DNA of 64,000 nt, from positions 105,657,927 through 105,721,926 of the forward strand of contig NC_057717.1 of assembly GCF_004010195.1 (NCBI RefSeq), given 5' to 3'. The position numbers and the translations under genes were made by a program. The notes under the pieces are model-generated. The model saw only the letters and a program-made list of their open reading frames with translations. It was not told the origin of the DNA and ran no database searches. This DNA is from Chiloscyllium plagiosum. Taxonomy: Eukaryota. This document shows, one piece after another, positions 39,067 through 52,893 of this stretch. Each line of letters opens with the position of its first letter. Position 1 is the first letter of the stretch.

Positions 39067-41783
39067 CTGCAAGTGAAACATAACAAGGTCAGTGCTGGAC
39101 AGGAAAACTTGCATTCAATACTGAAAAACATTCTTCCTCTTCTAATAAGGAATCTGATAATCCTCTCCTGAGCTGCTTTGTCAGGCAAATCACTCTGAGC
39201 AGCAAAGATTCACAACTTACATCAGTATACTACAGCAATGAAGGGTAGTGGGACTGCTACAAGAAGCTCGAGGTTGATAATCAGCCACTACTTTAATGAA
39301 TGGGCAACAGGCCAGAAAGGCACTCACTCCTACAACAGGGAATGCAAGGTCATGGGCTGGGCTGGGCTGGGGTTTGACTGAACACAAGTAGCTAAGGGGA
39401 TGCAGTGTGAACATCCACAAATTATTGAAAATTACACTTACCTCATTTTGCACATGTATTTTCATGGGAACACATGTGACTATCACAGATTACTGGCCCT
39501 TTCAGAGCCCAGTCTGAAATCATCTCAATTGATCAGAGTAATTATTAACCCAATTGTTTACACAACTGGTTTCATCCTGCTAAATTAAATGTTACTGGTT
39601 CGGTTTGGACTTGAAAGGCCAAATGGCCTGTTTCCACACTGGAAGGATTCTATATTTGTGGACAAGAGCAAGATAAACTGAGTGAAGTCTTGGAGCTCAG
39701 GGAGTGCTGAAATGACCTCACAGGTTCAGCTGTGAAAGAGAGGAACAGGAAGTGAGACAGGTTCCTCTGGGTCCGAGTCCAGCAGCAGAGAGCAAGCTGT
39801 GTTCTTGGGGAACTCACTGGTGGAGTTGGTGTGTTGCTGGTTGTGACTAATCCAGAGGTACCACTAAACAGACAGTTCTAATGGATGCCCCTCAGTCAAC
39901 AGCAGCAGAAAGGAAAAGCGATAATTATTCATGACATTGGGAATGCCACAGACCAAGGGCAGACAGAGTATTCCTGCACAGCACCAATCACTGCTCTCCA
40001 TGGATACAAGTGCAAAAACGTGTAACTTTTCTCAGTATAAGTTCAGAGATTTACATTTAACATATGCCCCTTCTGGTATGGTAATTGAAATGCAAATCTA
40101 TCCTCTTTCACACACACAAGTCATTGTTTACTTTCAGAGTTTTCTGTTATATAGAACCCAAGAGCATTGAGGGAAAGCAGTATTTACTGTGCTTACAAAA
40201 GCCTGCATTGTGCAGCCTGATCCTATCATGCTGTTATCATTTACCTGAATGAAAACTAACCCACAACATATTAACCAAAGCCTTAATGCCATAAAATGAG
40301 CTCGTCTCAGTCATTTTATTTTCAAGCACGCAAGATAATCATACAAATTTAACCGAAAGTACTGGTTTACCAGTCGCCTCTGGCAGGCCTGAGATCTATA
40401 CCGAACACAATATCAACTCTTCAAGATCCTTAACCTGAAATGTTCACACTGCTTCTCCTGTCACAACGATTTCCAGCAGATTCTCTCTCTATTCCAAAGC
40501 AATTCTTCCTGTTCACTTGCTAATGTGAGGAGCCTTACTAATAAATGGCATAACGTTTTCATGCTTCTTCAGGTTTCTGATATTTCCAAATGTAAGTAAC
40601 CCAGAAGTACGGGTAATCAGAACCACAGCCAAAGATGACTCCGTTGTTTTGGCAAGGGCAGGGAGGGGTTGTGTGTCTGTCTCTCTCTGGGTGTGTGTGT
40701 CGGGGTGCACTGCGAAACACTAATGAGGCCAACTGATAAGCAATGCTTTTTTTTATATAACAGGAATTCGTGACCCTAATGTAACTGAGGGAAAGCTTTG
40801 GCCTTTTAACACCCTGCCACCCAATTCCTGCCTCCATTAATGTTGTGATTTTATTGTAAAAGAAAAGCTTTGTGGAACAATTTTGAAGAGGCCCCATTTC
40901 CATTAATGTTTAACAGCAAAGCCATTAGTACTTTCTGGCTCCGCTCCCACCATCGAGCATTCCTGTTTAGTTAGCACTCTTCAGCTGTGCTGTCTTCACC
41001 ATTACACTGATACATTATTATGTGATTACACCATTATGTGCATATTGCCTTTTGAGGAGAAAGTCCTTTTAATGAGAAGCGGCATGAAGCTAAGTGAATT
41101 TATTAATTTAGCCTGTACTTGCGTTATATTGCACATAACGCAGTGTATATTCTTGAGGACAAGAAATTAGGGCGGGACAAATTGTATGTGGAACCCTGTG
41201 ACGATCACATGTAAACGGCCAAGAACCACCATCCCTCAAGTTCTGAGCAATTGAGAAAGCAAGGCAGTTGTTGACCAATCTTATATGTTCAAACTTGCTG
41301 AGTCACTCGCAGTAAACGAAGATTCAGGAGATGACAACCATTCAGGTTCTTGAGCCTGTCCTGCCATTCAATAAGATCCTGTTTTTGCTTCAAATTCAAT
41401 ATTCCCATCTATCTGTGGTAACCTCAGACTCCTGCCTAACAGGAACCTAATGGTGATCCACTGCTTCATATCCATGGCCTGAGCAGCCGGATGAAACAGC
41501 AGGGTGGCTATCAGTGGTTTCTGTCCTCACCTTCCTGGTCCCCCTGCTGCATGATGATGGTCTGTACTGCTTCCCCAGCTGGGCAACAGCAGATGGCAAA
41601 TAAATCATAACCCCCCCCATCCCAGTATATTCCACACAGACAGACACACCACTACCTCCCCACTCCACCCCACCCCCACCCCATTCCAACATTTACACTC
41701 CACAGAATCATGCCAACACAATCCCAAGTAGCTTATTACATTGCGGTTTATAAATTCGAGATTTGCACCAAGTGTTTACATAC

Positions 41784-41907
41784 CTCAGGCTTTTCCTTAC
41801 TGACAACTGTCATGATAATCTTACTGAAGTCTAAAGCACTCCACCGCAGCACATACAGCCCCTCCTTGTTATCCTCTCGACGGAGTTTATTAGTGACATA
41901 GTGTGGT
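41784..41907 (-). CDS. TYK2: TYK2 exon, SH2-like ([41 protein letters not shown])
   Basis: 124 nt, translated by hand, AG/GT, phases fit. Confidence 0.93.
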
Positions 41908-43156
41908 CTGTGGGGAAACAATGAAGCAAAGGTTCAATGTCTCTTCCTTTTCCCACAGTTATTCCTTTACATCTCTCACACACAAGGAATTGAATTATAA
42001 ATGGATTGCCAATTGTTCGCAATGTTAAAACCTCTGAGTAATGATACTAAAACACTGCGTAACGGTCTGTGGCATATTGTACCATATTGCACCATGTATC
42101 ACAATGTATCCCATCACACAATGGCACACAATCACACTGTACCCTTACCAAGGGGAAGATGGGGAAAATAAAGTGGGAGAAGACCAAGCCCAAGATAAAC
42201 AATGCATTCTAACAAGCTGTACATGCAGTTATGCACAGAGTACCATTTCTCTGGATCAACTGCGTTTATTTCTCCAAGTCTGAGAGATCAATATGGGGGC
42301 CAAAATTCTCTCTAAAGGAAGAGAATATAATTCTCTCCAAAACAAACTTGAGGTCCAATGCTGACAGAATTGTTTTTCCTACTCCTCAAATCTTGACTGG
42401 GATTTACAAAGTGAATAAACAGAGACATGTTAATTAGGGGGATGAGTGATACTGGCAAATGCTAGCCTTGAATTTCCTGGTGTATTATTGACATGGGTTA
42501 TCAATAAGGAACACAAGTTACAAGAGGTGGCGTTATAGGAATGTTGCGTGGAGTAGGTGGTACAGTGGACAGAACTACAAACTGAACTGGGAGTAAGGGA
42601 CTGGGACTTGGGAGATGCAGAGATCAGAAACACACCTTCTCACTTCAGGGTTCAGTCAAATCCAGAAGATCGCAGTTGGTGGAAATCATCCCAAGCTGAC
42701 AAAGCCTCTGTCTGCTTCTGCAAGTACTGGCTCACACTGGTTATTGAAGTAAGGGCACATCTCAATGTGCTGGAGTTGACAGACCAGCTGAGCAATAATC
42801 CTGGTGATTTACAGGTTAGCACCAGAGTTGGCAGTGCATTGTCAAAAGGTATTTTTCAGGGAAGAGTGCAAGTCATCTTTACACTGACTGGCACAAGTCA
42901 CTTCAGTCTCACTACAATTCACTGTCGAGTAACTCATGAGGGCACTGTCCACATTCTGAAAAATCACTTCAAAACGATTTTGCAAAGTCTTCTGTCCTGA
43001 TCAATTAAAACGACCATGGTGCAAGAATGCTCTTCTGTGGTTAATTACAAGGTATACGTTTCAGACCGAGTCGAGGGAACTTTACCCTATGTGTACATAT
43101 CCTGGGAGGGTTTGATGGGGAAGGGATAGAGGTAGCTTTACTCTGTCTACATTAGT

Positions 43157-43350
43157 GAGGTGCTGGGAAAGCACAGCCAGTCAGGCAGCATCCGAGTGGG
43201 AAAACCAACGTTTTGGGCAAAAACCCATCAGGAATGAAGGGTCTTCATTCGATTTTCCTGCTCCTTGGATGCTACCTGACCAGCTGTGCTTTTCCAGCAC
43301 CACTTTAATGTAGACTCTGATTTCCAGCATCTGCAGACCACACTTTTGCC
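43157..43350. mobile_element. family C palindromic element (degenerate)
   Basis: Inverted arms gtgctgggaaagcacagccagtcaggcagcatcc / ggatgctacctgaccagctgtgcttttccagcac; decayed hammerhead centre. Confidence 0.75.
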
Positions 43351-43593
43351 ATAGTTTTACTCTGTACCTAACTCTGCATTGTACCTTGTTTGGAAGTGTT
43401 TGCTGGGGACAGTGGCAAAGGCACTGAACAATGCAACCAAACATATTTTCTATGTGTCCTGGGAGTGTCTGAAAAGGACAGTATACAGGCAGCATTACTG
43501 CGACCTTATGGAAAGGTTTCTGTTGTCCACACCAACAAACATGCAGAAAGAAAAAGAACAGATCAGGGTTAACTCTGCTCAGCTGAAACTTAC

Positions 43594-43751
43594 TGCATTG
43601 GTCCATGGATGCCACTGGTGATGCTCAGCACAACACGTGGAGAAGCAACCTCATGACACAGGTAGTGGTGAGAATCAGTGGTCAGGCGAGAGTAGCCATC
43701 TATCAGTGCTGCAAAGGACAGTGCTTGCTTGTGTGAGGGCAATACAAGGTC
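43594..43751 (-). CDS. TYK2: TYK2 exon, FERM F3 end ([52 protein letters not shown])
   Basis: 158 nt, translated by hand, AG/GT. Confidence 0.95.
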
Positions 43752-44229
43752 CTACAGATTAAAAAAACAATGAGCTTTAGTATTGCATCTGAAGACTGGA
43801 TAGAAGGTGAATCTAACCTAGGAAGGTCGCAAATTTGTCCTGACGTCATCCTTTCAGGACACCATCTCTACAACTGTGTCCAACCTGTCTTATTCTGTTT
43901 TAGTTCAATTACCAGCTAGGTTTTCTAGCTAGTTGACGCGAAATATATTCTGCAATGGTATTACTGTTGGCCCTCAAGCAGGTAGGTATCTTTTGGATCG
44001 CCAAAGGATCAGCATTTGTGAGGGACTCCCAGAACCATTTCAGTATTGACTGGGGTTCCTGAACAACATGCTGTTAACAGCTTTCCCACATAGTTACATC
44101 TGAAAACTTGATTCAGACTCCATCACAACTGACAATATCTCTGAATTCTCCAAGTTGGGATTTTGAAAACACGTATCTAATTTTCAAAGGTTACGATGGA
44201 AAGGAGCTTGAAGGAGCCAGGAAATTGAA

Positions 44230-44950
44230 TCGAGGTTAGTTTTGAGAAGATAATGTACAAATTAGGCCTGTTTTCTCTAGAATTTAGAAGGCTAAGGGGC
44301 AATTGGAACAAATCTTCAAGATACTAACAGGAAAAGACAGGGTAGATAAAATAAACTGTTCCCACTGGCTGGGGATTTTGGAACTGGGGAGCATTGTCTG
44401 AGAATTAGAGCCACACCATTCAGGAGAGATGTTAGGAAGCACTTCGACACACACAGGGTAGTGGACAGAGTCTGCATCATATCGAATGGAAACAGATCTC
44501 TTGACCCAACTCTCCCAAGCCAACCACATTCCCAAACTAATCTAGTCCCACTTGCCGGAGTTTAGCCCATATCCCTTCAAACCTTGACCAGCCATGTGCT
44601 GATCCAAATTTCTTTTAAATGTATAACTATACCTCCATCCATGGAAGTTCATTTCACCCAACCACTGAAAAGGTTGCCCTCCTGTCCTTTCTAAAAACTT
44701 TGTCCTCTCACCTTAAAAATACACCCCCTAGTTTTGAACTCTACCACCCAAGGGAAAAGATCTTTGGTCATTCATCTTATCTATTCCCCATAGAATTTCA
44801 TACACTCCTCGAAGGTCACCTCTCAACCTCCTGTGCTCCGGGGGAAAAACTCCAGGTTATCCAGCTTACTTTTGATGTTTGGAACTCGCTTTCAAAAACA
44901 ATAATGGTTGCAGGATCATTAACTTTAGATCTAAGAGTTTATTTGGTAAA
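44230..44950. mobile_element. nested CR1-type LINE fragments (plus copy interrupted by minus copy ~44470-44865)
   Basis: LGLFSLE.RRLRG-type remnants on both strands. Confidence 0.7.
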
Positions 44951-46154
44951 AATGTTTATCTTCAAGAGCGGAGAGAGATTGGCGGATTTTTGAAGCCGTT
45001 CTGGAACTTTGGTTGAAGGCACTCTCACCATCAAATAAAAACAGGGATGCTCAAATCAGAGGAATGGAATATCATACTTTAAAGTTTTTATGTTCTGACC
45101 ACCTGCAGCTCTGCTGTGAAGCAGCATCCACATCTCAGCTTGGTTTCTATGTATATTTCCCACAATGTCACAAACAGGAACTTGGGTTCATCATCTTCCC
45201 AAGTTAATTAGACTGCCTGACAAGCCCCAGTGAGAAAGACCAACCGAAGACAGGACAGGACTAAATCTGCAACCTTCAGATTGGAATCTTTATTTGTTCT
45301 GTGCATTCCCTCAGGTACACTCTGACTTGTTTAAGAAAATGCTTAAACATTTTCTTCAGGCTTCATAATGTGCGAGGACAAGTCTAATTGGACCAAATGG
45401 TTTTTGCAGAAGTGATCTTACGATCAGCAAACCAAGGGGCAGCATGAGAACCTTGCCAAGTCAGAAAGCTTTGTTGTGAGCAGAAATCTCTAACTGTAGC
45501 TCTAAAGCAGCACAAATTCAGGCATATAAAACAATAAAACCTGGTTTGTCTCTCCCTCCCACATTCCTTCTGTAATCAAGTGAAATGAAGCTCCTCTTGC
45601 CCTGTAATCATTTACCACCGGCATATCCAATCACAGGGATAACTGATAACTGCTCCAGTTTGTAAAACAAAAGGAGGCATTGATTTCAAACCAACCCTAC
45701 AGGGCTTAGCTTCACGTCTACTTCAAAATGTTCAAAACAACAGTGATCTTTCACCAATAACTTTCATTTCAGAATGAATGGAAACTTTTCCAACAGAGAG
45801 AAAAACCTTACCTTTTCATTCTTTTCCTTTGGTCTCAAATAAGGACAAGGAAACTCACTCCATGGCTTCCATCCCAACCAGTCTCCAAGTTGCCCCCCCT
45901 CCTCAACACTGTCCTCTCTTCAATGTGGGAAGCACAGAACCACCCCCCCCCCCCCAAAGACCAGGAACCACTGTCACTCTTCATTCAGTGGTCTTAATCA
46001 AGACAAGTTAAGCCAGGCAGACCAGCAAGGCCCCAGCTTTAATACCACAAGGTAACAATGTAGTCAATTGTTCTAATGGGGAAGTCAGAGGGCCAGCACA
46101 AGTTGCCAAATGTTATGACAATCCAGTGATGCCAGTGAGAATGGTGGGTGTGTA

Positions 46155-46665
46155 CAGAGGAACCGCGATTATCCGAATATCAATTATCCAAATACCGGAT
46201 TATCTGAAGGAGATCGCGCAATCCCAAAGATGTGTTTCGAACACTGATTGCGAGTTTTGTTTACGGTGATTAAACAGGCACTGTCTCCAAAAGCCTGACC
46301 TCCCACCCTCCCTCTCTCCCCACACACTTTACCTGCAGTTTTACAGAGGGGCATACCCTAAACCCCCCCCCCCCACTTCCCCAGATAATCTCTCCAACAG
46401 TGCCCTGTACGGGGCAAAATGTTGCAGTAAAACATTTTGTGCGTTCATGCGCGTGCAGCATCAGCAGTCTTGTTGGTGCCCAGTCCAGCTGTCCCAACAC
46501 CCCCTGTGCTCGTGTGCAGTGTGCTGGTCCCTCCCCTTGGACAGGGAGCCAACTTAAAAAAGCTCAGAGCTCCAGAGGAAAGGCATTTAATTGATTAACC
46601 AAATAATCAATTATGCGAACGAAATACTGCCCACTCATGTCACTCAGATAATCGAGGTTACTCTG
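46155..46665. mobile_element. Tc1/mariner-pogo type MITE
   Basis: TIRs CAGAGGAACCGCGATTATCCGA / TCAGATAATCGAGGTTACTCTG with TA on both sides; internal attatccga repeats. Confidence 0.8.
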
Positions 46666-46808
46666 TAATGTGAGAGCAGAACTGAGCTCACTCCAAAAAA
46701 CCTTCCACATGCCCCAGGGCACTAAGCCAGTGGGTGACCAAAACAGTACGCGACAACAGACAGCAGCAAATGGACAAAGAGGAAGGTAGAGTGCAGAAGG
46801 TTACTCAC

Positions 46809-46991
46809 CAGACACTTGTTATCCTGTCTGTGAACACTGACCCTGCAGTCAGAGATGACCAAGTGTGTAATCTCCTTGAAATCACAGAAGTGCGAATATG
46901 GCTTCTCAGTGAACTCAACCGCTTCACTCGACTTGCCACTGCCACTGTCTGCTGGTTTGCCCTTCCAGCCGGTCTTTTTGAGGGGTGCAGG
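46809..46991 (-). CDS. TYK2: TYK2 exon, FERM F3 (PAPLKK...YSHFCDFKEITHLVISDCRVSVHRQDNKCL)
   Basis: 183 nt, translated by hand, AG/GT; HRQDNKCL as in TYK2. Confidence 0.94.
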
Positions 46992-47367
46992 CTAGTTAAA
47001 ATAAAAGACCATCACAATTATTACGACACAATCCTTGAATTGTTTCGCTGAACTTCGTCATCAGAATGGCCGGTACGTCAAAGGATGAAAGGACAAAATA
47101 ACATCCATGGAAGAGGGAGAAGAAAACCAGAGCAACGTCACCCCATTCATCCCCACCAGCCCTTATACGTGCAAATATGCGATTCAACAAACGAGGTGGG
47201 AGGAACCTATCAAGGGCAGTGAGCAAACTCCTTATCAGTGCTATTGGAATATGAAGGTCAAGGTAGCTCTATTCTAAGGCTTGGACACCAATGCCCCACT
47301 GACCTCCTGAAAGTCTGTGAAGGGACAAACAAGTCATCAGATTTCAGTTTGTCTGGAGTTCTGTAGA

Positions 47368-47478
47368 TAAAAACGATGACTGCAGATGCTGGAAAACAGA
47401 TTCTGGATTAGATTGGTGCTGGGAAAGCACAGCAGTTCAGACAGCATCCAAGGAACAGGAAAATTTTCCTGTTCTGAA
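47368..47478. mobile_element. truncated family C element with terminal hairpin and 15-bp TSD
   Basis: ctggagttctgtaga at 47353-47367 and 47479-47493; ends in palindrome gaacaggaaaattttcctgttc. Confidence 0.8.
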
Positions 47479-47745
47479 CTGGAGTTCTGTAGAGCATACA
47501 CTATTATTATTCAGTGCTCTATTGCTGAGAGAGACATGCTATCAATTTTATTTAGTATTTGCTGCAATGACAGTGTTGACCTTTCAGTAAAGACGACAGA
47601 AGAACAATAGCAGTACTTGCAAGGCCCCTGGGAGAAGGGGAGATGGGAGAGAGAAGCGTGGACAAGAGAAAGAGAAGAGCAGAGAGAGAAGGAGACAGAA
47701 GAGAAGGAAGAAGGTGTGGTGGTCAGATACAGTATCCATGTTCAC

Positions 47746-48124
47746 CTTCTTGAGTATTCTCCACTGAATTCCCTCTGTCCCAGTCACCAGCACTTCATAT
47801 TCCTGGGTAGGTAATGTGGGGCAGATGATATTCTCCGTGGGCTGCAGGTAATTCCGATTGTTTATGTATGGGGTCCTGCTACTTTCTGGAAGCACTTCCA
47901 AATACGAGACATGGAAGATCTCGCCTCCTAAGTTGGTGCAAAGGTTCTCCAGGGTAGAGAGGTATTTGAATATAATGTCGTGCTGGATCACCTTCCCTGA
48001 ACCAACCACAGGCAAGTGGAAGCTCCTCACAAACTTCCGGAAGCCACGTTTCAGCCGGATCTTGGTCAGGGCATTGCACCTGTCTATTTTTGCACGGAAT
48101 GTCTTTGGGATGCACCCCTTAAAG
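47746..48124 (-). CDS. TYK2: TYK2 exon, FERM F2/F3 (SFKGCIPKTFR...IIFKYLSTLENL...EVLVTGTEGIQWRILKK)
   Basis: 379 nt, AG/GT; donor at 47746 inferred. Confidence 0.92.
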
Positions 48125-48740
48125 CTGACAAAGAGAAGGAGAGAGAAAAGCTGGTCAGTGTCAGCAAGCAGATAAAGGCATTACCACAAAATCCTCACCA
48201 CTATGACAGCTGCTGCATCCTTCATTGGGCTTCCACAGACTGGCAAGCCTGGCAGATGCCTTTAAAAACCTCCTTATTTCTCTCTCCACCTTGCCCTCTC
48301 TGTGTCGGTAGGGAGCAGAAATAAAGATGAAAGGAGAATGCAAACTTATGAAAAGGACATGTGCAAGCACATTGTAAGCTATTTATTATCCCAGCACATA
48401 ACATACAAATGTCCATGTCTGAACGGATTTCCCGATTTCTCAGCGGCCCCCAAACCCCTTCCTCCATGCTCATTCTGTATGGCAGCCTTTCACCACCCAT
48501 GTGGAATCTCCACAGGGAAGGCTTTGTCCTGTTGTTCCCTTCCATCTCCCTCCTCCCAATGTAACAACATCACCCCAAAGATGGAAAACACACCACATCT
48601 TCATGTTGATATTTACAGCACACAAACACCTCAATCAATTTTCCAGCATCTGGGCTCTTCCAAATGCCTCCATGGAATAATGGGACGGCATTCTGCCATG
48701 TTATCAATTCAGACAGACTTACAGCTGCTGACTCACACAC

Positions 48741-48904
48741 CTTATTTCCTTGGCCACTTCACTAAGTGAGCGTCCACTCAGGACCGCAATATACGAAAGA
48801 TGCAGCACAGCCATTCCCAGACTCTCATTTTGGAAGACATGTAATTCCTGCTCATTCTGTGGCTCTTTGAGAGGAGCGATGCCATTAACAAAATCATATT
48901 TGCC
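48741..48904 (-). CDS. TYK2: TYK2 exon, FERM (GKYDFVNGIAPL...FQNESLGMAVLHL)
   Basis: 164 nt, AG/GT; NESLGMA is TYK2-type. Confidence 0.95.
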
Positions 48905-49963
48905 CTGGAAACACAGGAACAGCATTGATCAGCCATCCTCCAATAAACAACCCCAGAGAGATTGCAATCAATTGCCAGTAGTTAAAAAAAAATCTTAATC
49001 ACAGCTCTCAAATAAATAACAAATACATCTCAGAAATTATTTTGAAGCCTGTTAACCTGTAGTTTTGTCAGCAAGTCAGTTTTAACATAGCAAGATCCCA
49101 CAATTATAAATGATTGGTTCATCTATTTTTGGGGCTACTTGTTTGAAGGGCTAATTTGGGTCCAAACTGCTGCAGAATCCCCAGCTTTTTACCAAGTGTT
49201 GAACCATAGCCACACCTCTATCGAAAAGCACTACATCTCTGGCACTGGAGGGTGTGCATGATAATGTACTCAGTGGAACTGCATGGGCCAATTGAAAAGC
49301 AATCTTGACAATTCAATCAAAGAATGACAAGAGAACCACATCTTTTTATGACCAGCTTCAGTCAGTCACAATAGGGTGGTGCAGCATTAATGGGACAAAT
49401 AGAATTTATACTTCGGGACCATTGGGGTAAAATCTCAATGGACAGTCACAGTGGAACCACGTTCCTGACAGGAGTCAGTGTTCTGCTGAAAATAAATTCT
49501 ACATCTGTATCTGTATTGGGTCTCAGTAAAATGGACAACTTTCTCAGTAACCATGACAGCAAATCTGATTGTCTTTACTGTACAAGCTCACAGGTAAGCA
49601 TTTTGCTAACTAATAAATGCACCATTCTTTGCAAACCAAGAATCACTTTTATTCAAGTTGTGATATTTTTCAGGGTTGATTGCTTACAGAACATAAACAG
49701 AAATTATATTCAGCTTGAAAAAACCTGTCTGGAATTAAAAAAATATCCAACAGTCAAGAAAATCTTCCAGAGTAAGATGTATGACAATGCTCTGCACACA
49801 CAGATAGAGGTAAGGAAGGATTGAGAAAGCACAGATTTGAGGAGTTCATGTGCTGGTGCCAATACCTCTCACAAAGCAACAGTGTGCCACAGGGAAACAG
49901 ACCTCTCCATGCACCCACACCTAAATTATGGATTGCAAAAACCTTAATGGAAACACTGCCCAC

Positions 49964-50105
49964 CTGTGAGAAGATGTAATTGAGTGACATGTGGTCAAAC
50001 AGAGGGCTGCCTTGGTCAAATTTCTCACAGTCATTCCTTTTCGGTGTCCACCGGTATACCCGAGGTTCCTTTTCCGACATGCCATGCCAGTTCTTAAAGT
50101 AAAAC
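49964..50105 (-). CDS. TYK2: TYK2 exon, FERM (RFYFKNWHGMSEKEPRVYR...SLNYIFSQ)
   Basis: 142 nt, AG/GT. Confidence 0.95.
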
Positions 50106-50384
50106 CTACAGGCAAAAGGCACAGTGATGAAGGAAACATGAGATTTGCTGCAGCCTAGACAGTGAGTGGACAGTGTCTGACTGCTTACCTCCCTGTGACT
50201 GGCTTCAGTCACAGGTGAAGCTGACAAGTATCCATGAGCAAGAGCTGTGCACATCGAGAATTAAAGCCCAAAATGGTAAACCATTCAGGCAACTGGTCAG
50301 GGAAAGATGGGATATTGTGGGGCTCTGCTTAAATGTCCAAAAGCAAAATCCTAACAATCTCCTACTCATTTCCAGCATTCATAG

Positions 50385-50730
50385 TTTTTTAAAATTCATT
50401 CACAAGATGTGGGCACAGCACTGGCTGGGTCAGCATTTATTGCCCACCCCTAATTGCCCAGAGGGTAATTAAGAGTCAACCGCGTTATGTGGGTCTGAAG
50501 TCACATGTAGGCCTGACCCAGTAACAACCCAGTTTGCTTCCCTAAAGCACATTAGTGAACCAGATGGATTTTTCCAACGATCAACAAGGGATTCATGGTC
50601 ATCATTAGTTTCTTTACCTTCCGTTTTTTTTAAAAGGAATTCAAACTCCACTTGCCATGGCAGGATTTGAACCTAGATCCCCAGATCATTGCCTGGGTCT
50701 GTGGATTGACAGTCCAGCAATAATACCAAC
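50385..50730 (-). mobile_element. tRNA-derived SINE (second family)
   Basis: B-box ggttcaaatcc on minus strand; tail shared with LINE-type 3' end (gggcaataaatgctg). Confidence 0.65.
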
Positions 50731-50754
50731 CCGTCAAATTATTTCAATGAGAAT

Positions 50755-51660
50755 ATAGAGGCATGGCTCACAGGTTAGCAGATGGCACCATGGTTAGTGC
50801 TATAGTGGACAGTAAAGCAGCTTATCGAAGATTACAGAGATCTTGATCAATTGGGTCAATGGCCTGAGGAGCAGCAGATGGAGTTTAATTTGGATAAATG
50901 TGAGGTAATGCATTTTGGTACAACAAACAAGGGCAGGACTTCTACAATTAGAAGTAGGGCCTTGGGCAGTGTTGTAGAACAGAGGCCTTGAGATTCAGGT
51001 ACATAACTCTGAAGTTTGATCTTGTATAGATAGGGTGGTTAAGGTGCCATTTAGCACACTTGCCTTCATCGCTCAGACCTTTGGATGTGAGTTGGGAGGT
51101 TATGCGGAGGTCAGTGAGGTCTTCTTTGGAGCAGTGTCCAGTTCTGATCATCCTGCTACAGGAAGGATATTGGGTCGGAGGGGGTTGAGGAGAGATTGAC
51201 CAGGCTGTTGACAGGAATGGAGAGTTTGACTTATAAGGAGAGACTGGATAGGCTGGGACTTTTTTTTTAAACTGGAGTGGAGGAGGTTGAGGGGTGACCT
51301 TATCGAGGTTTATAGAATTATGAGGGGAATAGACAAGATGAATAGCAGAGTCTTTTCCCTCGGATGGGGGATTTCAAGACTTGGGGGCATATTTTTAAGG
51401 AGAGAGGAGAAAGATTTAAAAAAAGACATGGGGGCAATTTTTTTTTAAAAACAGAGTGGCTCATGTGTGGTGTGAACTTCCAGAGAAAGTGGTGGATGCA
51501 GGTACAATGTTTAAAAGACTTTTGGATAAGTACATAAATGAGAAACGTTTGGAGAGATATGGGCCAAGGGCAGGCAGGGAGGCTAGTTTAGTTTGGAATT
51601 ATGGTCAGTATGGATTGGTTGGACTGAAGGGTCTGTTTGTATGCTGCATGGCTCTCTCTA
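50755..51660 (+). mobile_element. CR1-type LINE 3' fragment (degenerate)
   Basis: Remnants MEFNLDKCEVMHFG and YKERLDRLGLF plus 3' UTR. Confidence 0.85.
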
Positions 51661-51921
51661 TAGGCCATCATCTCCCCTTGAGAGATGATTCATCATCATC
51701 TCTTGGTCAGGAGGGCATTGTAGGGGATATTTCCCCATTAATTTAAAGTTGGCCCATTCCCAATAAAATCCAGGAGAGAGATTTAGACAAAACTGCAGAA
51801 GGTTTTGAAATCACGGTGCTATGTCTCAACACTGCATTCCACGGTTTCAGAAAGCCCTGATTTTATTTGTCAGGATGTAGGAAGGAGCTGAACTGATGGT
51901 GCATGTGAGCAATCCACATAC

Positions 51922-52045
51922 CTCATACGATAGTGCAGAGTCAAACACAGGTCCTTGTCAATCTTGAAGATATGATTCGGAGGATACCAAAGATTCTCTT
52001 TTAAGTCATAAAGTGCATACAAGTTGTGGCACAGTGGGGAAATGG
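51922..52045 (-). CDS. TYK2: TYK2 exon, FERM F1 ([14 protein letters not shown]...WYPPNHIF...LHYRMR)
   Basis: 124 nt, AG/GT. Confidence 0.95.
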
Positions 52046-52893
52046 CTTGGGAAAAAAAACACATACAAATTAAATTACTAGGGTCATAATTTCAACTTCT
52101 CTCAGGGTAATCAGTGCTAATTTGGAGTTGAAGCAGCACACCTGGTACAGAGTTTACTTTTTGTGACAGGGTTAGTCTCGGCAACATCATAGGACCAAGG
52201 GTGAGTGACCAGCTTCTGACTGGAACTTGCATTGGCTAGCCCAGTGGGCTCCGCTATTGGTGATGAATAGATGTCACTCTGATTTGTTTCTTGCCTGCTG
52301 GGTTGGATGTTATGTTCTCTTCACCTGTTGATATTCCAGCCTTCCTGACAAGACAATTCCACTGGCTCAAACTGCTTAGCTGCACCCAGACATGAGAGCT
52401 TGCTCTGACAGTACTTATTGGTAAATTGGGCAGTTTAGCCTAACCATGTTCTTAACCACTGTCCACACACATGCATTTCACAGCAGCAGGGACCAGCTGG
52501 TGTTCAGGCACTGCAACTGTGCAGTTTCTAATCCTTATTGCATACCAGATAAACATGCAAGCCAGCAATCCCATGAATCTGCCAATTCTCACCAAGGTAT
52601 GGACTATTGCCGGGGCTCCATGGTGAACACATGGTCAGTTTACCTGATTGAACTGCAGCTGTATCCTCCACACATCAATGGGGGAACCCCTCATCTAATG
52701 CCTTGGTCTTCCCATTTCAGGGGTAACCACCCTATTCCTGCCCCAACTAGCATTAGCCAGCCCAGGTCTAGGTCAACAGCCTCCTATTCTGAATGTATAC
52801 TCCAGGGGTGTATTGTACTGAGACAAAACTTTAACTCCGGTTTGGTAATAGACATGCCAGGAACATTGAAAAGAGAATTTAAATAGTCCTTAC

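Noticed and set aside
39730..39760. ETS/PU.1-like motifs (gaggaacaggaagtg) as an immune enhancer
   Set aside because: Short motifs are expected by chance in 64 kb; no supporting evidence
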